Source of the DNA: Reclinomonas americana ATCC 50394
Taxonomy: Eukaryota
Direction of reading: 5' to 3'
DNA length: 50,559 bases
Assembly (NCBI GenBank): GCA_048213135.1
Contig: PS015082.1
Location: 109,012 to 159,570 of the forward strand
Below, piece after piece: positions 1 through 12,700 of the stretch (its first letter is position 1; each line of letters begins with the position of its first letter). The notes under the pieces are model-generated. The model was not told where the DNA came from. It made no database searches and was given only the letters and a program-made list of their open reading frames with translations. The translations under genes were made by a program, and so were the position numbers.

Positions 1-987
1 ACCACCGCCTGGCGAGTCCAGATTTGCGCCGAGGTTTGGTGCGGCTGCGGTGCCGAGTGCGGAGGCGCTGTCGGTGGGCCCGCGAGTCGGGCCCAGTGAT
101 CCCATTCATTTCAGTGAGCTCTCCTCGGAGGAAATCGATGCTGGTGAGTGGCATGTGTCATGGATGAAGGTCGCGCGCCGCAATAAGTTGCTGACGCGCG
201 ACACGCACAGGTGTGCACTTTTCGGTTTCGGTGGGTGAGGATCTGTCCAAGGCGGCGGCCAAACTGGAGGTCAGCGAGGACTACTTTTGCTTTGCCACCA
301 ACCAGGTCGTCCGTGGCGGCAATCGGGACGGTGGCGCCCGTCGAGGCAGCGCGTCGACAACAGTACCGCGTCCCGACAGTCAGCCGGCATCGTCGGCGGC
401 CAGCATGGATGGCTGCTCCATGGCCAGTGGCGGCAGCAACGGCAGTGGCAGTGGTGCGTCACTCCTACCGCACACCTCATATCATTGCTTGCTCACCGTG
501 TACGGTGTTCTTTTTTTTTTCTGCAGGCCGCTCCCCCTCCGCCTCGTCCACAACACAACAAAAACCACCCCGTGCACCCACCCCGAACCTCGGCTCCCCC
601 TCGGTCGGCAAGTTCGATGCGCAGCAAGAGTCGCCCTTCTCACGGCCACGGTCATCCTCCTCAGCCGCCTCCTCGGCGGCCTCCACACCGCCACTGTCGA
701 CCTCGTCGTTTGGCAACTCGCGCTCTCGGATCTCCCTGTTTGTAAATCCCACCGACGGCGCACCGCCCCTCTCCCCCGGCACCCCCGGCACCCCGAACTC
801 CGCAGCCTCCTCCTCTCCGCGCCCACGTGGCGCACCACCACGCACGCCCACGGCCGGTGCTGCTTCGGGCCTGACGCCTTCGCCACCTCCACCACCTCCG
901 CCGCCACCTCCAGCCTCGGCGCCCAACAGCGGCGAAGCCTCGTCACCAACCGGAGCACGGCTTCGGCGTCGATCGTTTGTGATTTGA
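1..987 (+). CDS. 3' part of an unknown gene; Ser/Pro-rich low-complexity C-terminus
   Basis: GT-AG introns at ~144-210 and ~454-526 join EEIDA|GVHFSVSVGEDLSKAAAKLEVSEDYFCFATNQVV...|GRSPSASS...RLRRRSFVI* in frame. No family recognised. Confidence 0.55.
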
Positions 988-1109
988 GGGTGTGTGTGTG
1001 TTTCCAAAAAAACCCAAACAGCAGCAGTAACAGCAACGTGTAATGAACAAAAAAGTCGACAGCACGTCCCGCATCACGCTCAGTCATTCGTCGATTGCAA
1101 CCGGACGCA

Positions 1110-2196
1110 ATGCACGACAGACATCACACAGCGGGTGTTGTGGTGTTTGGTGCGCCACCACGTCGCGGACTCTCCTCTCTGCACCTCCTCGCCCTCTGCA
1201 CCCTCGCACTGTGGTGCATGCTCAACTCCCACTCCTCGTCACCACCACACATTCTCCTCGCGCGCGGCGATGTGGAGCCCGTCGCGCAGCCGAACTTTTA
1301 CGTAAAGACCTACCCGACAGCCTCACCAGCCTCGGCACTGCCGCCACCCATTGCGTTCATTGGGCGGCACTTTACCGCGCGCTTTCGCACCTCGCGAGTG
1401 CCCGACGACTGGGCGCGACTCTACTACGACTACGACGCAGGCAAGGTGCTGCTGGTGTTCTACAACAGAGACATGTGGTTCTACGATGCCAACGCTGTTG
1501 CGTCACGAGTGGAGAATGGAGAATGGCGACACAGGAGACTGACTGAGTGACGCTCTTTTGTGTAGGGTTACGAGTATGATCTTGTCAAGACCGAGGGCGG
1601 CACACTGTGCTTCTCGCGTGCCATTACGCACCAGTTGTGGTACCCGTCGATCCCCAAGGGCGCCATCTACCGCGACACGGTGCAGCGCGGCACGTATTTG
1701 AGTCGTCGCATGCAGCGCTTTCAGGATGTGGCCACGGGCGTGTTTCGGAACGTGGACGGGTGGACGCTCGGTGAGGCCGACCCTCCTCCGAGCGTGCGTC
1801 GCTGGTGCCTTCTCACTCTCTCAATTCTTCCGCGCAGGCGCGACGGCGATCCAGACCGAGGTGGCGGCAAAGCAGGTGCAGGAGGTGTTTTACTATCTGC
1901 ATCCGCGCTACTACGAGGTGGGAGTGACTGGCGGGCAGACGTACAAGCTCAAGTGGCTGGACCACACGGTCATTCCGTCGTCGACGTTTGATGTGTTGCC
2001 GACAAAAGGCAGCCAGGATGTGCTGAAGGCCGGCAACGTGCCGCAGTGCCTCGATTTCAGCTACCGGAACACGGTGGCGCAGCTGGCGCAGCGGTGGGAC
2101 TACATGATTGCCGAGGACATGTGGCACATGATGGACTTGCTGTTTGGCGAGTCCCCCGGTCCGCTCTTCCCGCTGGCACAGCCCATTCGCTGGTAA
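1110..2196 (+). CDS. Secreted protein, possibly ependymin-related (EPDR/LolA-fold-like); 3 exons
   Basis: Hydrophobic N-terminus (LHLLALCTLALWCML). Introns 1497-1565 and 1771-1838 give a continuous frame: FTARF...RLYYDYDAGKVLLVFY...WFYDANA|GYEYDL...C...STFDV...C. Family call is inferred from the YDY motif and spacing only. Confidence 0.55.
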
Positions 2197-2418
2197 AAAA
2201 ACAAACAACAGCAAACAGATGATGAAATAGGTGCCGCCACGGGAGGAGGGGTCTTGTATTTTGCACGCTGCTGCAACAGAGAGAGAGAACGGAACGCAAT
2301 AACGAGACTCCAACACCACGCGGTGGTGACGCGCACTCCACACACACAGCCAGGGGAAAAACAACACACACACGCACACAAAAGGACGAAACGCCTCTTG
2401 CTGCCGTGCCTCTCGCGC

Positions 2419-3687
2419 TTAACGGTAGCGGGGGAGCGAGAGGGTGTTGAGCCTGCGCCACTGGGCACGTCGTGACGGACGGCGTCCGTTCGAGCCGTGG
2501 TGTCGCACACGCAGACCACGACCCTGGCGACCAGCCGAGGTCAGACCGCGCAACTCGCGGTGCTTGTGGACAGGGCGGCAAATCCACGACACAGCCGGAT
2601 CGCCCATCACTGCCTTGTGGTTCGGGTCGACCAGGACCACCTCGTAGTACAGGTAGGTCGAGTCCGCAGCCACCCAGTACGAGTTCAGCACGCGCAGGTT
2701 TCCGCTACGCACACGAAATGAAAAAGGAGTGAATGAGTGAGTGCTGCATGTCGGCGATTGGACACGCTGTGGTTGATGCTGCTCACCAGCGCTTGCCGAC
2801 ACGCTCCTCAGCCACCGAGCGCTTGTTCCTGTAGAACTTGAGCTCGTTGACACCGTGGCCGGAGGGCTTGCCACGGGTGTTGCCACCGGGCACCAGTCTG
2901 CGGCGGCCACCACGGCGCACGCGCGAGCGGTACTACACACGCACACGAGATCCGAAGTCAATCTCACAGCACATGCGATTGAAGGAGGAAGGAAGGGGGC
3001 GCATGACGCACGACAACGAAGCCCTGCTTGGCCTTGTAGCCGAGGCGGCGAGCCTTGTCGGGGCGGCTCGGCTGCACAAACATGACAATCATCATCAGTC
3101 TCTTGCGCAAGTCATGGTGGTATGCAATGGACTTCCTCCCGACGAATACTCAACGTGAGTGAGGCGCACAATGCCAGGCTGCTGGCGGTACTCCCACGCA
3201 CGCACGCGCAGCAGGAAGCGCATCACGTCGCTCTGCTTCTTGCGCCACATCTCCTGAACGTACTTGTACGCGCCTGTGATGTGTCGGAATGAGCAAGCCA
3301 GCCGAAAACCTCCCAACAACAACTTAATAGCGACATGCACACACAGAGACGGAGAGACGGAGAGCGGGGAGAGGGGAAGGGAGAGGGGAAAGGGGGAGAG
3401 TGCGGGCATGTGCATGCATCATGACCGCCATGACACACAAGAGAAGCACCGCCACCATCACTGCGCCCCTCTCTGCCACGCCTTAGTACACACACGCGCA
3501 TGGTATGCACTGTGCAAGGAAGACTGCACCACGCACAGAAACACGAGGCGCTCACACGCGGGTGTCGTGCATGTCACACCATGCACAGCAGCAGCAACAC
3601 ACACACGCTGACACACACACGCATGCACGCATTCGACCGCCGCCACCACCTCGCTGTCTCCCTCCACACACAGCCAAACTAACCCAT
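2419..3687 (-). CDS. RPL15: 60S ribosomal protein L15 (eL15); 5 exons, first coding exon is only ATGG (3684-3687)
   Basis: [32 protein letters not shown]...[17 protein letters not shown]...[11 protein letters not shown]...[15 protein letters not shown]...NTLSLPRYR*. Confidence 0.97.
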
Positions 3688-3763
3688 GTTTTTTCCTCTC
3701 TGTGCGACACGCGCGAATAGTGAAAGACAATGCGGCTCGCGGCCGGTCATCTGTCCCTTTCCA
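3688..3763. promoter_or_regulatory. Probable bidirectional promoter region between RPL15 and METTL3
   Basis: Only 76 bp separate the divergent start codons at 3687 (-) and 3764 (+). Confidence 0.5.
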
Positions 3764-6501
3764 ATGGAGAACACAGCGCGCGAGATCGATGAGCTGCGCA
3801 AGCGGCAGGAGGCGCTCCGCCTGCGCATGCGCCTGCGTCCAACACGCAGCAGTGGCATGGAAGGTCTCCTTCCTCTGTTCGTACTTGGACATCCACTTTT
3901 TCGCTCACTGTTTTCGCTTTGCAGTCGATGCTACCACCCCAGCAACAACGCCCATGTCACCTTCGTTGCCACCAGCACAAGGCGTACCTCCTCCTCCTCC
4001 TTCTCTCGCTCCACCGCCTCCTCCTCCTCCACCCCCTCCTCCACCAGCTGCTGCAACACCATTGCTGTCATCACCACCTCCACCGCCACCACCGCCTCCA
4101 GCTGCTGCACCACTGGCATCACCGCAGAAGATGAGCGTGCTTGCTGCACCCATGGAAGTGGAGACCCCCGCTCCTGCAACGCCTGCAGCTGTGGCGGTGA
4201 CCATGCCCGACAATCCGGCGCTGGCCCCACTGTGTCACTATCTGTTGCAGTCCATGTTGTCGTTGCCGGTGCATTCGTTGGCGGTGGCTGAGGCGCTCCA
4301 TGTGCCAGTGGCACAAGTGGAGGAAGCGCTGCGTGCGTTGGAGGCCGCAGAGGGAATGGTGCGCTTGGAGACGTTTGACACGGGAGCGACGGAACGATTG
4401 TTGGTGTGGCATGTGGAACGGGGACGCATGAGGGCGTATGTGGACACGCTGCCAGTGGCGCGACCGGTGGCACCGACAACACCGTCGGCATCGTCGTCAA
4501 CCACCACACAAGTGACGGTCGCGGCGGGAGGCGGGGCCATTGAGGACATTCTGTTGCAGCCGTCGTACCTTGAGCAGGAGCGTCTGTCGTCGGCGGAGAT
4601 CATCAGTCAGCTGTTGTCGATGCCCACGTTCCGCGAATCGGTGGTGGCGCAGCAGTTTCAGAACAAAGGACAGCGCTTCCGTGCGTACTGTGTGCACAAG
4701 ACACGAGATGCGTGCTGTGAGGCTCGTGGGTCGTCGGTGCCCTGCGACGGTGTACACTTCCGCCAGTTGGTGTTTCCGCACACGGATCTCTCGCTCGGCA
4801 ATTGCTCCTACCTCGACATGTGTCTGGTCATGGGATCGTTTCGTGTGGACACACTTCTTCATCTCTTTGCCACAACACCCATCCCCGCTCACCATGTGCA
4901 CACAGATGCAAGTACGTGCACTGGGTGCCCGACAATGCCGACGCCGAGGGCGATCAGCAGCATGCCACTGCGGCTGATGCATCGGGTGCACGACGACCGA
5001 CGTTCCTCATGAACAGGCTGACCGCCAAGCGACGCCTCAGTGGTCTCAGCTGGCAACGCATCGAGGATCGCCTCCGAATGGATGCGCACAAGCGCCGGCG
5101 AATCATGCTGGATGCCGAAGAAGCAGGCAACGGAAGCTCGTCAGGAGTCGTGACGCTCCATCGTCCTTCTTTGTCGTCTGCCGCCACTCGACGATGGCGC
5201 CTGCCGCAGCTCGGTGAGCGTAGTGGCAATGGGATTGTGTGTCGATTCGTGCTCACTGTCCTCCACGAGCAGATGCATTGCCGCCTGATGTCGCTGAAGT
5301 GTTTTCACGACTGCAATCTCATGTTGCGTCGTCGTCGTCACAATCGTGGCATGCGCTCGATTATAGCGTCGCTCATGTGATTTCCGTCCGCAGCAAAAAC
5401 CACCGCAATGGATCCGGTGCGACGTGCGCACCTTCAAGTGGAGCATCATCGGCAAGTTCTCTGTCATCATGGCCGACCCGCCGTGGCGCATCCGCATGAG
5501 CGTTGCGTGCCTTGCTCCGACGTGCTGTCGCTCTCCTTTCAGTGTCATCTCATTCTGTGTCACGGTGCAGTTGCCGTACGGCACACTGGACGACAATGAA
5601 ATGCTGTCGCTGCCGGTCGGCAGTCTCCAAGACGACGGACTCATCTTTCTGTGGGTCACTGGTCGAGCGGCGGAGCTCGGTCGCAACTGCTTGCGGGAGT
5701 GGGGGTTTGTTCATTCGTCGCATTCCCTGCACCTGTGACTTGGTGTGTTGTCTGTGCTCATCATCATGCATGTCGCCAGCTACCAACGCGTGGAGGAAAT
5801 CATTTGGATCAAAACAAACCAGCTGCATCGTGTGATTTCCACCGGTCGCACTGGTCACTGGCTGAACCACACGAAAGAGCACTGTTTGGTCGGCATCAAG
5901 GGCAAACCGAAACTCAACACGTTGCTGGACACTGATGTTATTGTCTCGATGGTGAGCTCTCCTCTGCGTTGTGGATGCCATGCCGTTCGCTGGCTAACAC
6001 ATGGGGGCCTGCCTAGCCGCGTGAGACGAGTCGCAAGCCGGACGAGATCTATGGGATGATTGAGCGACTGTCACCTGGCACGAGAAAACTCGGTGAGGAG
6101 GGTGCAAGTAGATGCGGAGCCGACATGCAGTGGCACGATTCTCACTCTTGCGCGCAGAGATTTTCGGTCGGTCGCACAACCTCTGGCCGAATTGGTTGAC
6201 GCTGGGAAATCAGCTGCCTGGTGGTTTCTACGTGTGTGAACCCGAGGTGGCTCGTGGTGTGGCCGAGACGTACCCGGATCTGCAATCGGTCCCGTTGGCA
6301 GGCGCGCCCCTTCCGCCCGTTCCAGCTCCGTGGCCTGAACCAATGCCAGTTCGTGGACGAGGACGCGGTCGCGGTCGCGGCGCATCGTTGCGTGTGGAAG
6401 TAGCAATACCGCACAGCACTTCTGTTGTCTTACTGTTGGCGTGCGTACGTGCGTGTGTTCACAGACGGCCGTACAGAGCCAAGCAGCGAGTGTTCCCGTG
6501 A
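3764..6501 (+). CDS. METTL3: mRNA m6A methyltransferase catalytic subunit (MT-A70 family, METTL3/IME4/MTA); ~10 exons
   Basis: Leader helix [22 protein letters not shown]; two CCCH fingers (CVHKTRDAC...CDGVH and [17 protein letters not shown]); [94 protein letters not shown]. Confidence 0.96.
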
Positions 6502-6554
6502 CACACACATTGTAGCACGACATGTTTCGCACTCGTCCCAGTGTGGCTCTCGTT

Positions 6555-9086
6555 TTACTTGCCTTGTGTTTGTAACAAGGCCAAGAACTCTTGTGGTGTG
6601 GGAATGTGGTACCGTGGCACCGCCTCATCGTCTTCATCGTCATCATCATCGTCATCATCTTCGTCGTCCACCGCGGACGCAGCACGCGCCGTCACCGTTC
6701 CAAGTTGGACGCGGTAATGTGCCGCCTCTTCGACGACAGGTTGCCTCTTGGCGGTCCCACCGAGCGACTTCTCGATGCGGTCGAGTCGCGCCGTGTGTCC
6801 GCGCAGTGTGGATTCAATGGCGTCGAAGCGCACCGTCATGAAACGCAGCAAGTCGTCAAAGGTGGTCACCGAGCCCGTGGCCGACGATGATGTCGCCGCC
6901 CCAGCAAGTGTGACCGGGATGACGGGCGGGAGGAGATCGCTTCTGGCAGGCGATGCCGGCGTCCTGCAACACGCACACGGTCAACACAAAACAGAACGCA
7001 GTGTCGACAAAGAGGGAAGCGCACGCAACGGTGAGGCACGTCGCGGGGCGGAATCGGCGGCAGTCGTCGGCAGCTCGGGAAAGTCACCGATGCGGCACAG
7101 TCGCAACTGGAAGCGAGTAGTCGTCTGTAGCGACATGGGAGCGGGTGGTGCGGCGGCGTCGCCGGCAAACACAAAGAGATCGGGAATAGTGGTGAACAGC
7201 GGAGCGGCAGATGGTGACGACGGGGTGGGTGGGCGTCGGGGCTGTCGCACTGGTCGCGCCCAGTGCAGGCCCTTCACCCGCTCAGTACTCTTCAGCACAT
7301 CGATCACAAAGTGTGACTGCAGATCGCCGGCATGCGAGATGCGCATTAGCTGGACGTTGTGATGGCTGCACGAGGCCACGGCCAGAATGTGCACGTCCTG
7401 TTGCACGAGCAGCATTTCAGGGTACCGCATGCTGGTCGGCACGCACGACAGTTGCGGGATCGGTCCTTCGCCCAGTCCCACACGCCACACGGCGACGAAA
7501 CCAACACTCTGCGATTTCTGCGGTGCCGCGAGGAAACATGGTCAGCTGCCGAGAAAGCAATTACCATGCATGCTGCCGGTGCGTGCAAACCTCAATGGCG
7601 GCCGGCTCGGCCGACACATCGTGCATGCTCATGGTGGTGATGTTCATCAGGGCCTCCAGCACACCTCCAGCGGGGGCGACGGCACCAGCCAGCGTCGGTT
7701 GAATGAGCGGCAACTGGAAGGGCAGCGCAGTCAGAACAAGCGAGGCACCAGCAGCAGCAGGGGGTTTCCCGCACGCAACATCGACAGAGGAACGCGGTGG
7801 CACAAACGCCGGTCGGGCATGGAACTGACCAACCGCCGCCTGTCGCTGCCGTTGTTGCTCACGAAGTTGCAGGCGATGCATTTCGGAGAGGCGAATGGTC
7901 TCGTGCCCGCACGCCACCACACCCCACTGCCAGTCGCGCACATTGGTGATCTCTACATCCACCAACTGCGACAACTCCTCATCATCGTCGCCGACTGTGT
8001 ACGAATCGGAGCCCGAGGCCGTGCCATCGCGCGCAGAGCGACTGTCAAAAATGAGCGTGTGCTCCAGCCGACACATCGGTCGTTCAAAGCTGCCAATGTC
8101 AAACACTTGCACGTGACGGCCGGCAGCACTGTGCATGACCAGCAATAGGTTAGCATGCATGCAACGACCAAAGCGCATGCATGGTAGCGGGAGTGGACGC
8201 AACACAAAGACTTGCCGCCCAGACGACGACCAACCGCAAAACGAAAAGTCGCCCTGTACAGAAAAGCACAGGTTTCGATCGGCGACGAGCAGCAGTGACG
8301 CAGACAACCCGTGCACAACGCACCGACAGCGACCAGAACGGAGCCGGAAACGCGTCGTCCGTGTCCACAATGCGGTACAGCTGCACGCCGTGCTGCGTCC
8401 ACAACTGCCAGCACACGGCGATGAGAGAAGAAGCGTCGACTCACCTCCGACTTGCTACAACAACAACGCACCAGCAGCATGTTGGAGTGGTGCGCCGGGC
8501 AGCAGGCAAAGTCACGCACTCGCACGTCAATGTCCTTGGTGATGGTGCGCCACACACGTGCGTGGCTCAGATCGCCTCTGTGTTTTGCAGCAGATGAGCG
8601 AGATCCGAGAGTGACGGAGACAAGTCGCGGCACAAAACGTTGCATCGCCACTGCATGCTTGATACAACAGTCGCCGTGGTGATCGGAAGAGAATGGCCAC
8701 GTGTGTGCCATTGGTCGACACACCGTCCACACTGTTGCACAAGGTCAGAGAGACACAAGGAATGCATTCTCCTCACTCCACACACACACACGCACCCATG
8801 GTACTCCTCCGTGTTGCGCACGGGAAAGTAGTCAATCACTTGTGTGGCGAGACTCACATCCACGAGACTGGAGCCATCGGTGAACACACAGTAGTCGCCA
8901 ATGCCAATGCCTGCACTTGTCGGCGCACCACTGCCACTCGGCGTGTCTGCATGCACGAGTGCATGCGTTAGTTGCACTCTCATCGTCACCTCTGCTCACA
9001 CGCACTCACTCACAGGAACACGAGGTGGTGAGCCGGTGGCGAGGCAGCTCAGCGTTGCCGAGGGTCACCGACTCCACAATGCTCAT
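6555..9086 (-). CDS. WDCP: WD-repeat and coiled-coil protein, WDCP (C2orf44)-like; multi-exon
   Basis: Starts MSIVESVTLGNAELPRHRL and contains VFTDGSSL. The block PEMLLVQQDVHILAVASCSHHNVQL...LKSTERVKGLHW...DLFVFAG resembles recalled human WDCP (PDLIAF...VVAVASNTCN...LENTERPKGICF...LLLILVG). C-terminal coiled coil LLRFMTVRFDAIESTLRGHTARLDRIEKSL. Confidence 0.65.
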
Positions 9087-9122
9087 GGAGCACTAAACAA
9101 CGAAAGATTGAGAAGGACATCA

Positions 9123-9703
9123 NNNNNNNNNNNNNNNNNNNNNNNNNNNNNNNNNNNNNNNNNNNNNNNNNNNNNNNNNNNNNNNNNNNNNNNNNNNNNN
9201 NNNNNNNNNNNNNNNNNNNNNNNNNNNNNNNNNNNNNNNNNNNNNNNNNNNNNNNNNNNNNNNNNNNNNNNNNNNNNNNNNNNNNNNNNNNNNNNNNNNN
9301 NNNNNNNNNNNNNNNNNNNNNNNNNNNNNNNNNNNNNNNNNNNNNNNNNNNNNNNNNNNNNNNNNNNNNNNNNNNNNNNNNNNNNNNNNNNNNNNNNNNN
9401 NNNNNNNNNNNNNNNNNNNNNNNNNNNNNNNNNNNNNNNNNNNNNNNNNNNNNNNNNNNNNNNNNNNNNNNNNNNNNNNNNNNNNNNNNNNNNNNNNNNN
9501 NNNNNNNNNNNNNNNNNNNNNNNNNNNNNNNNNNNNNNNNNNNNNNNNNNNNNNNNNNNNNNNNNNNNNNNNNNNNNNNNNNNNNNNNNNNNNNNNNNNN
9601 NNNNNNNNNNNNNNNNNNNNNNNNNNNNNNNNNNNNNNNNNNNNNNNNNNNNNNNNNNNNNNNNNNNNNNNNNNNNNNNNNNNNNNNNNNNNNNNNNNNN
9701 NNN
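9123..9703. other. Assembly gap (others at ~22647-22666, 30809-31160, 40009-40719, 41456-42348)
   Basis: N runs; the last three are flanked by (CT)n/(GA)n microsatellites. Confidence 0.99.
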
Positions 9704-9742
9704 TGACGTCACATTCCCGCGCGCGCAAGCAAACAGCGCGCG

Positions 9743-12700
9743 ATGGCGAGTTTGATCTTGAATGATGTGCCTGTGGAGTTTCCCTTTCAGCCGTACCCGT
9801 GTCAGAGAGCGTATATGGAAAAGGTGTGTGGCAGAGAGAGAGAGATTGTGTGTCACAAATCACAAGAACGCCCTCACTTGTCTCTCTCTCTCACACTCTT
9901 GCTCACATACTCTCTCACACACACTCTTTCATTCGCACTCTCTCTCCCTTCCTCTCTCTCCCTCAGGTGATTCAAGCATTTGCACAAGAACGCACCGTTG
10001 GATTGTTCACCCATCTCTCTCACTCTTGCTCTCTGACACACACACTCTCTCTCGCAGTCAATCCTAACTCTCCACAGCAGTGGGAGTGTTCACCCATCTC
10101 TCTCTCTCTCGCACATTGTCTCTATCCCACACACTCTCTCTCGCTCATTCTCTCCTTCTCCCTCTCCCTCTCTCATTCCTTTCCCTTTCCCTCTCCGTCA
10201 AAATCCAAGCCCTTGAGCACCGCAAGAACACATTGTTGGATTGCTCATCTGTCTCTCTCTCTCTCCTTCTCTCTCTCTCTCTCTCTCCTTCTCTCATTCC
10301 TCTCTCTCTCCTTCTCTCATTCCTCTCTCTCCCTCCCCTCAGGTGATTCAAGCCCTTGAGCACCGCAAGAACGCACTGTTGGAGAGTCCCACTGGCACAG
10401 GCAAGACTCTGTGCCTGCTGTGCTCGACACTGGCTTGGCAGCAGCACGAGAAGGGCCGGCAACAGTGCGCTGTCCGTCTCAACCCGGACAGTGGTGCGCG
10501 CGCGTGCGATCACTCTCACCCTGACTCACTCGCATGGACTCACACGCGGCACAGAGTTTGACGCCGAGAGCGGTCCGCAGTCAGTGCGCGTGCCCAAGAT
10601 CATCTATGCGTCACGCACGCACAGTCAGCTGGCACAAGTGCAGCGTGAACTCAAGGCGACGAGCTATACGTTGCGTCTTTCTCGCGGCCAGTCGCAGTGT
10701 ACTTCTCCTCTTCCCTCATCTCTCCTGATCATCCCTCATCTCTTCTCTTGTGGCACGATTCACACTGTGCCGTTCATGTCGGTCTCCTCTTCTCCTTGCT
10801 TTGACATCGTCTCTCCTTTCCTCTGTCCTCTCTCCTCTCCTTTGCCTTTCTCAATTCTCTCTCAAGCTCGTTCTCCCACTCACTCTCTCTCTCTCTCTCT
10901 CCTACGGCGATCGCAGTGTGCTTCTCATCTTTTCTCTTGTGACACGATTCACACTGTGCTGTTCATGTCGGTCTCCTGAACTCCTGCCCTCTCCTCTTCT
11001 CCTCTTCTTTCCGCGTTTCTCTCCGTTGCTTCTCTCGATTCTCTCTCCTCCTCATCTCCTCTTCCTGTTCTTCTTCTTCTTCTTCTTCTTCTTCTTCTTC
11101 TTCTTCTTCTTCTTCTTCTTCTTCTTTCCTCTCCTTTGCTCCCTCTCACCTCTCTTCTCCTTTGCTCCCAGTCACCTCTCCTTTCCTATCGTCTCCTCGT
11201 CCTCCTTACCTCTCATCTTCTTCCGCTCTCTCATTTTTCTTTCTCTCCACCTCTTCTCACCCCTTCCCATTCCTTCCCCTCCCCTCTCCTGTGCGCGCAG
11301 CCCGCGTGTGGTCACACTGGCCTCTCGCGAGCAACTGTGCTGCCACAAGGAGGTCAGCGAGCTGCGCGGCAACGCTCAGAATGTAATGTGCCGTGCGCAC
11401 GTCGACAACAACCGCTGCTCGTACTACATCAATTACCGCGGTTCGTGCCTTCCCCCTCTTCCTCCTTGTCCCTTTTGCTGACAGTGCGATTGTGGCAAAG
11501 ACTACAAGCAATCCAACGGCGGCTGCTTCAAGAAGGGCGAGTTGGAGGAGATTGAGGACCTGTTGCAGACGGCCTCGCGCGAATCCGCCTGTCCATTCTA
11601 TCTCACCCGGTGTGCGCCACCACGTCTCCTTCTTCTCCTTCCTCGTGGGTCGAGCGACTGACGCGGTGGGAGGGAATCTACAGCGATGCGCACACGGAAG
11701 CCGATCTCATCCTCATGCCGTACAACTACCTGATCGACGGCACCATTCGTCGCCTCCTCAACATTGAGCTGAAGAATGCCATTATTGTGTGCGACGAGGC
11801 GCACAATTTGGAGGGGTGGGCCACGCAGAGTGCCTCGTTCGATTACAGTCAGGTCGACATTGCGGCGGGCGAAGCCGAGGTCGGTTGTCTGTGTGTCGCG
11901 AACCAGTGGGTCATTTGGTGTGATGATGCTCACCGTCTGTGCAGCTCGATCGGTGTATCCGCATTGTGCAGGCCAGCATCGATGGCAAGGGATTCAGCGA
12001 CGTCACCTACTCGGAGAACGACGCCAAAGTGTTGTGTCAGGCCAAGAGTTGCGTGGCGCAGGCGCAGTCGTGCACCACCCACAATGTGTGTTCACCTGCA
12101 TTGCGCAGAGATTCTTGGCCTACTGAGCAAGAGTCTGGCCAAGTTTCCGGTCGAGGCCGGCGAGGGCAAGGGCGTGACATTTGAGGGTGAGTCACTTAAA
12201 GGGGAAGAGTCGGCTCATTAGCGTCCACCTCATCAAGGAGCGAACAGGGCGCGAGATTTTTGACTTTATGGGCCACATTGGTATCCTGCCGGAGACTGTG
12301 CCAGTCATCAATGAGGCCATTGAGAAGGCCATTTCGATTCTGGTGGCCAACAGTTGCGCGTGTGTGCATGCATGCACATTCACCGTCTCTTCCATCACAT
12401 CTAATCCACGTGTTGCAGCCGGTGGCGATCAGTTTGCCAGTGCATCGGCCTCGAACCGGCGTGGTGGCAGTGCGTTGCACAAGTTTCGCGATGTGCTTGG
12501 CACGATCTTCTACGGTGGTGAGGCGGCATTGCGGTCGCTGTTCGACTTTAGTCTCTGTTATTTGTTGATGTCGAGTGCCGCAGACTCGCAGGATTTGGAA
12601 CGGGCGGACGCGTATCGTGTGCACGTTTGGCAAGACACACAAGCCGGTCGTGGAGCGGGCGGTCGTTTTGGTGCGGCCAACGGCGGAACCGGAGGTACAC

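Noticed and set aside
3274-3683. Possible snoRNA in the long RPL15 intron 1 (small hairpin gtgcatg...catgcac near 3567-3586)
   Set aside because: I could not identify a convincing C/D box pair or H/ACA architecture. An Infernal/snoscan search would be needed.
3764-6501. Link between the m6A methyltransferase and the unusual splice donors
   Set aside because: U6 m6A that affects 5' splice site choice is written by METTL16, whereas this gene is METTL3. The shifted donors occur across the whole window.
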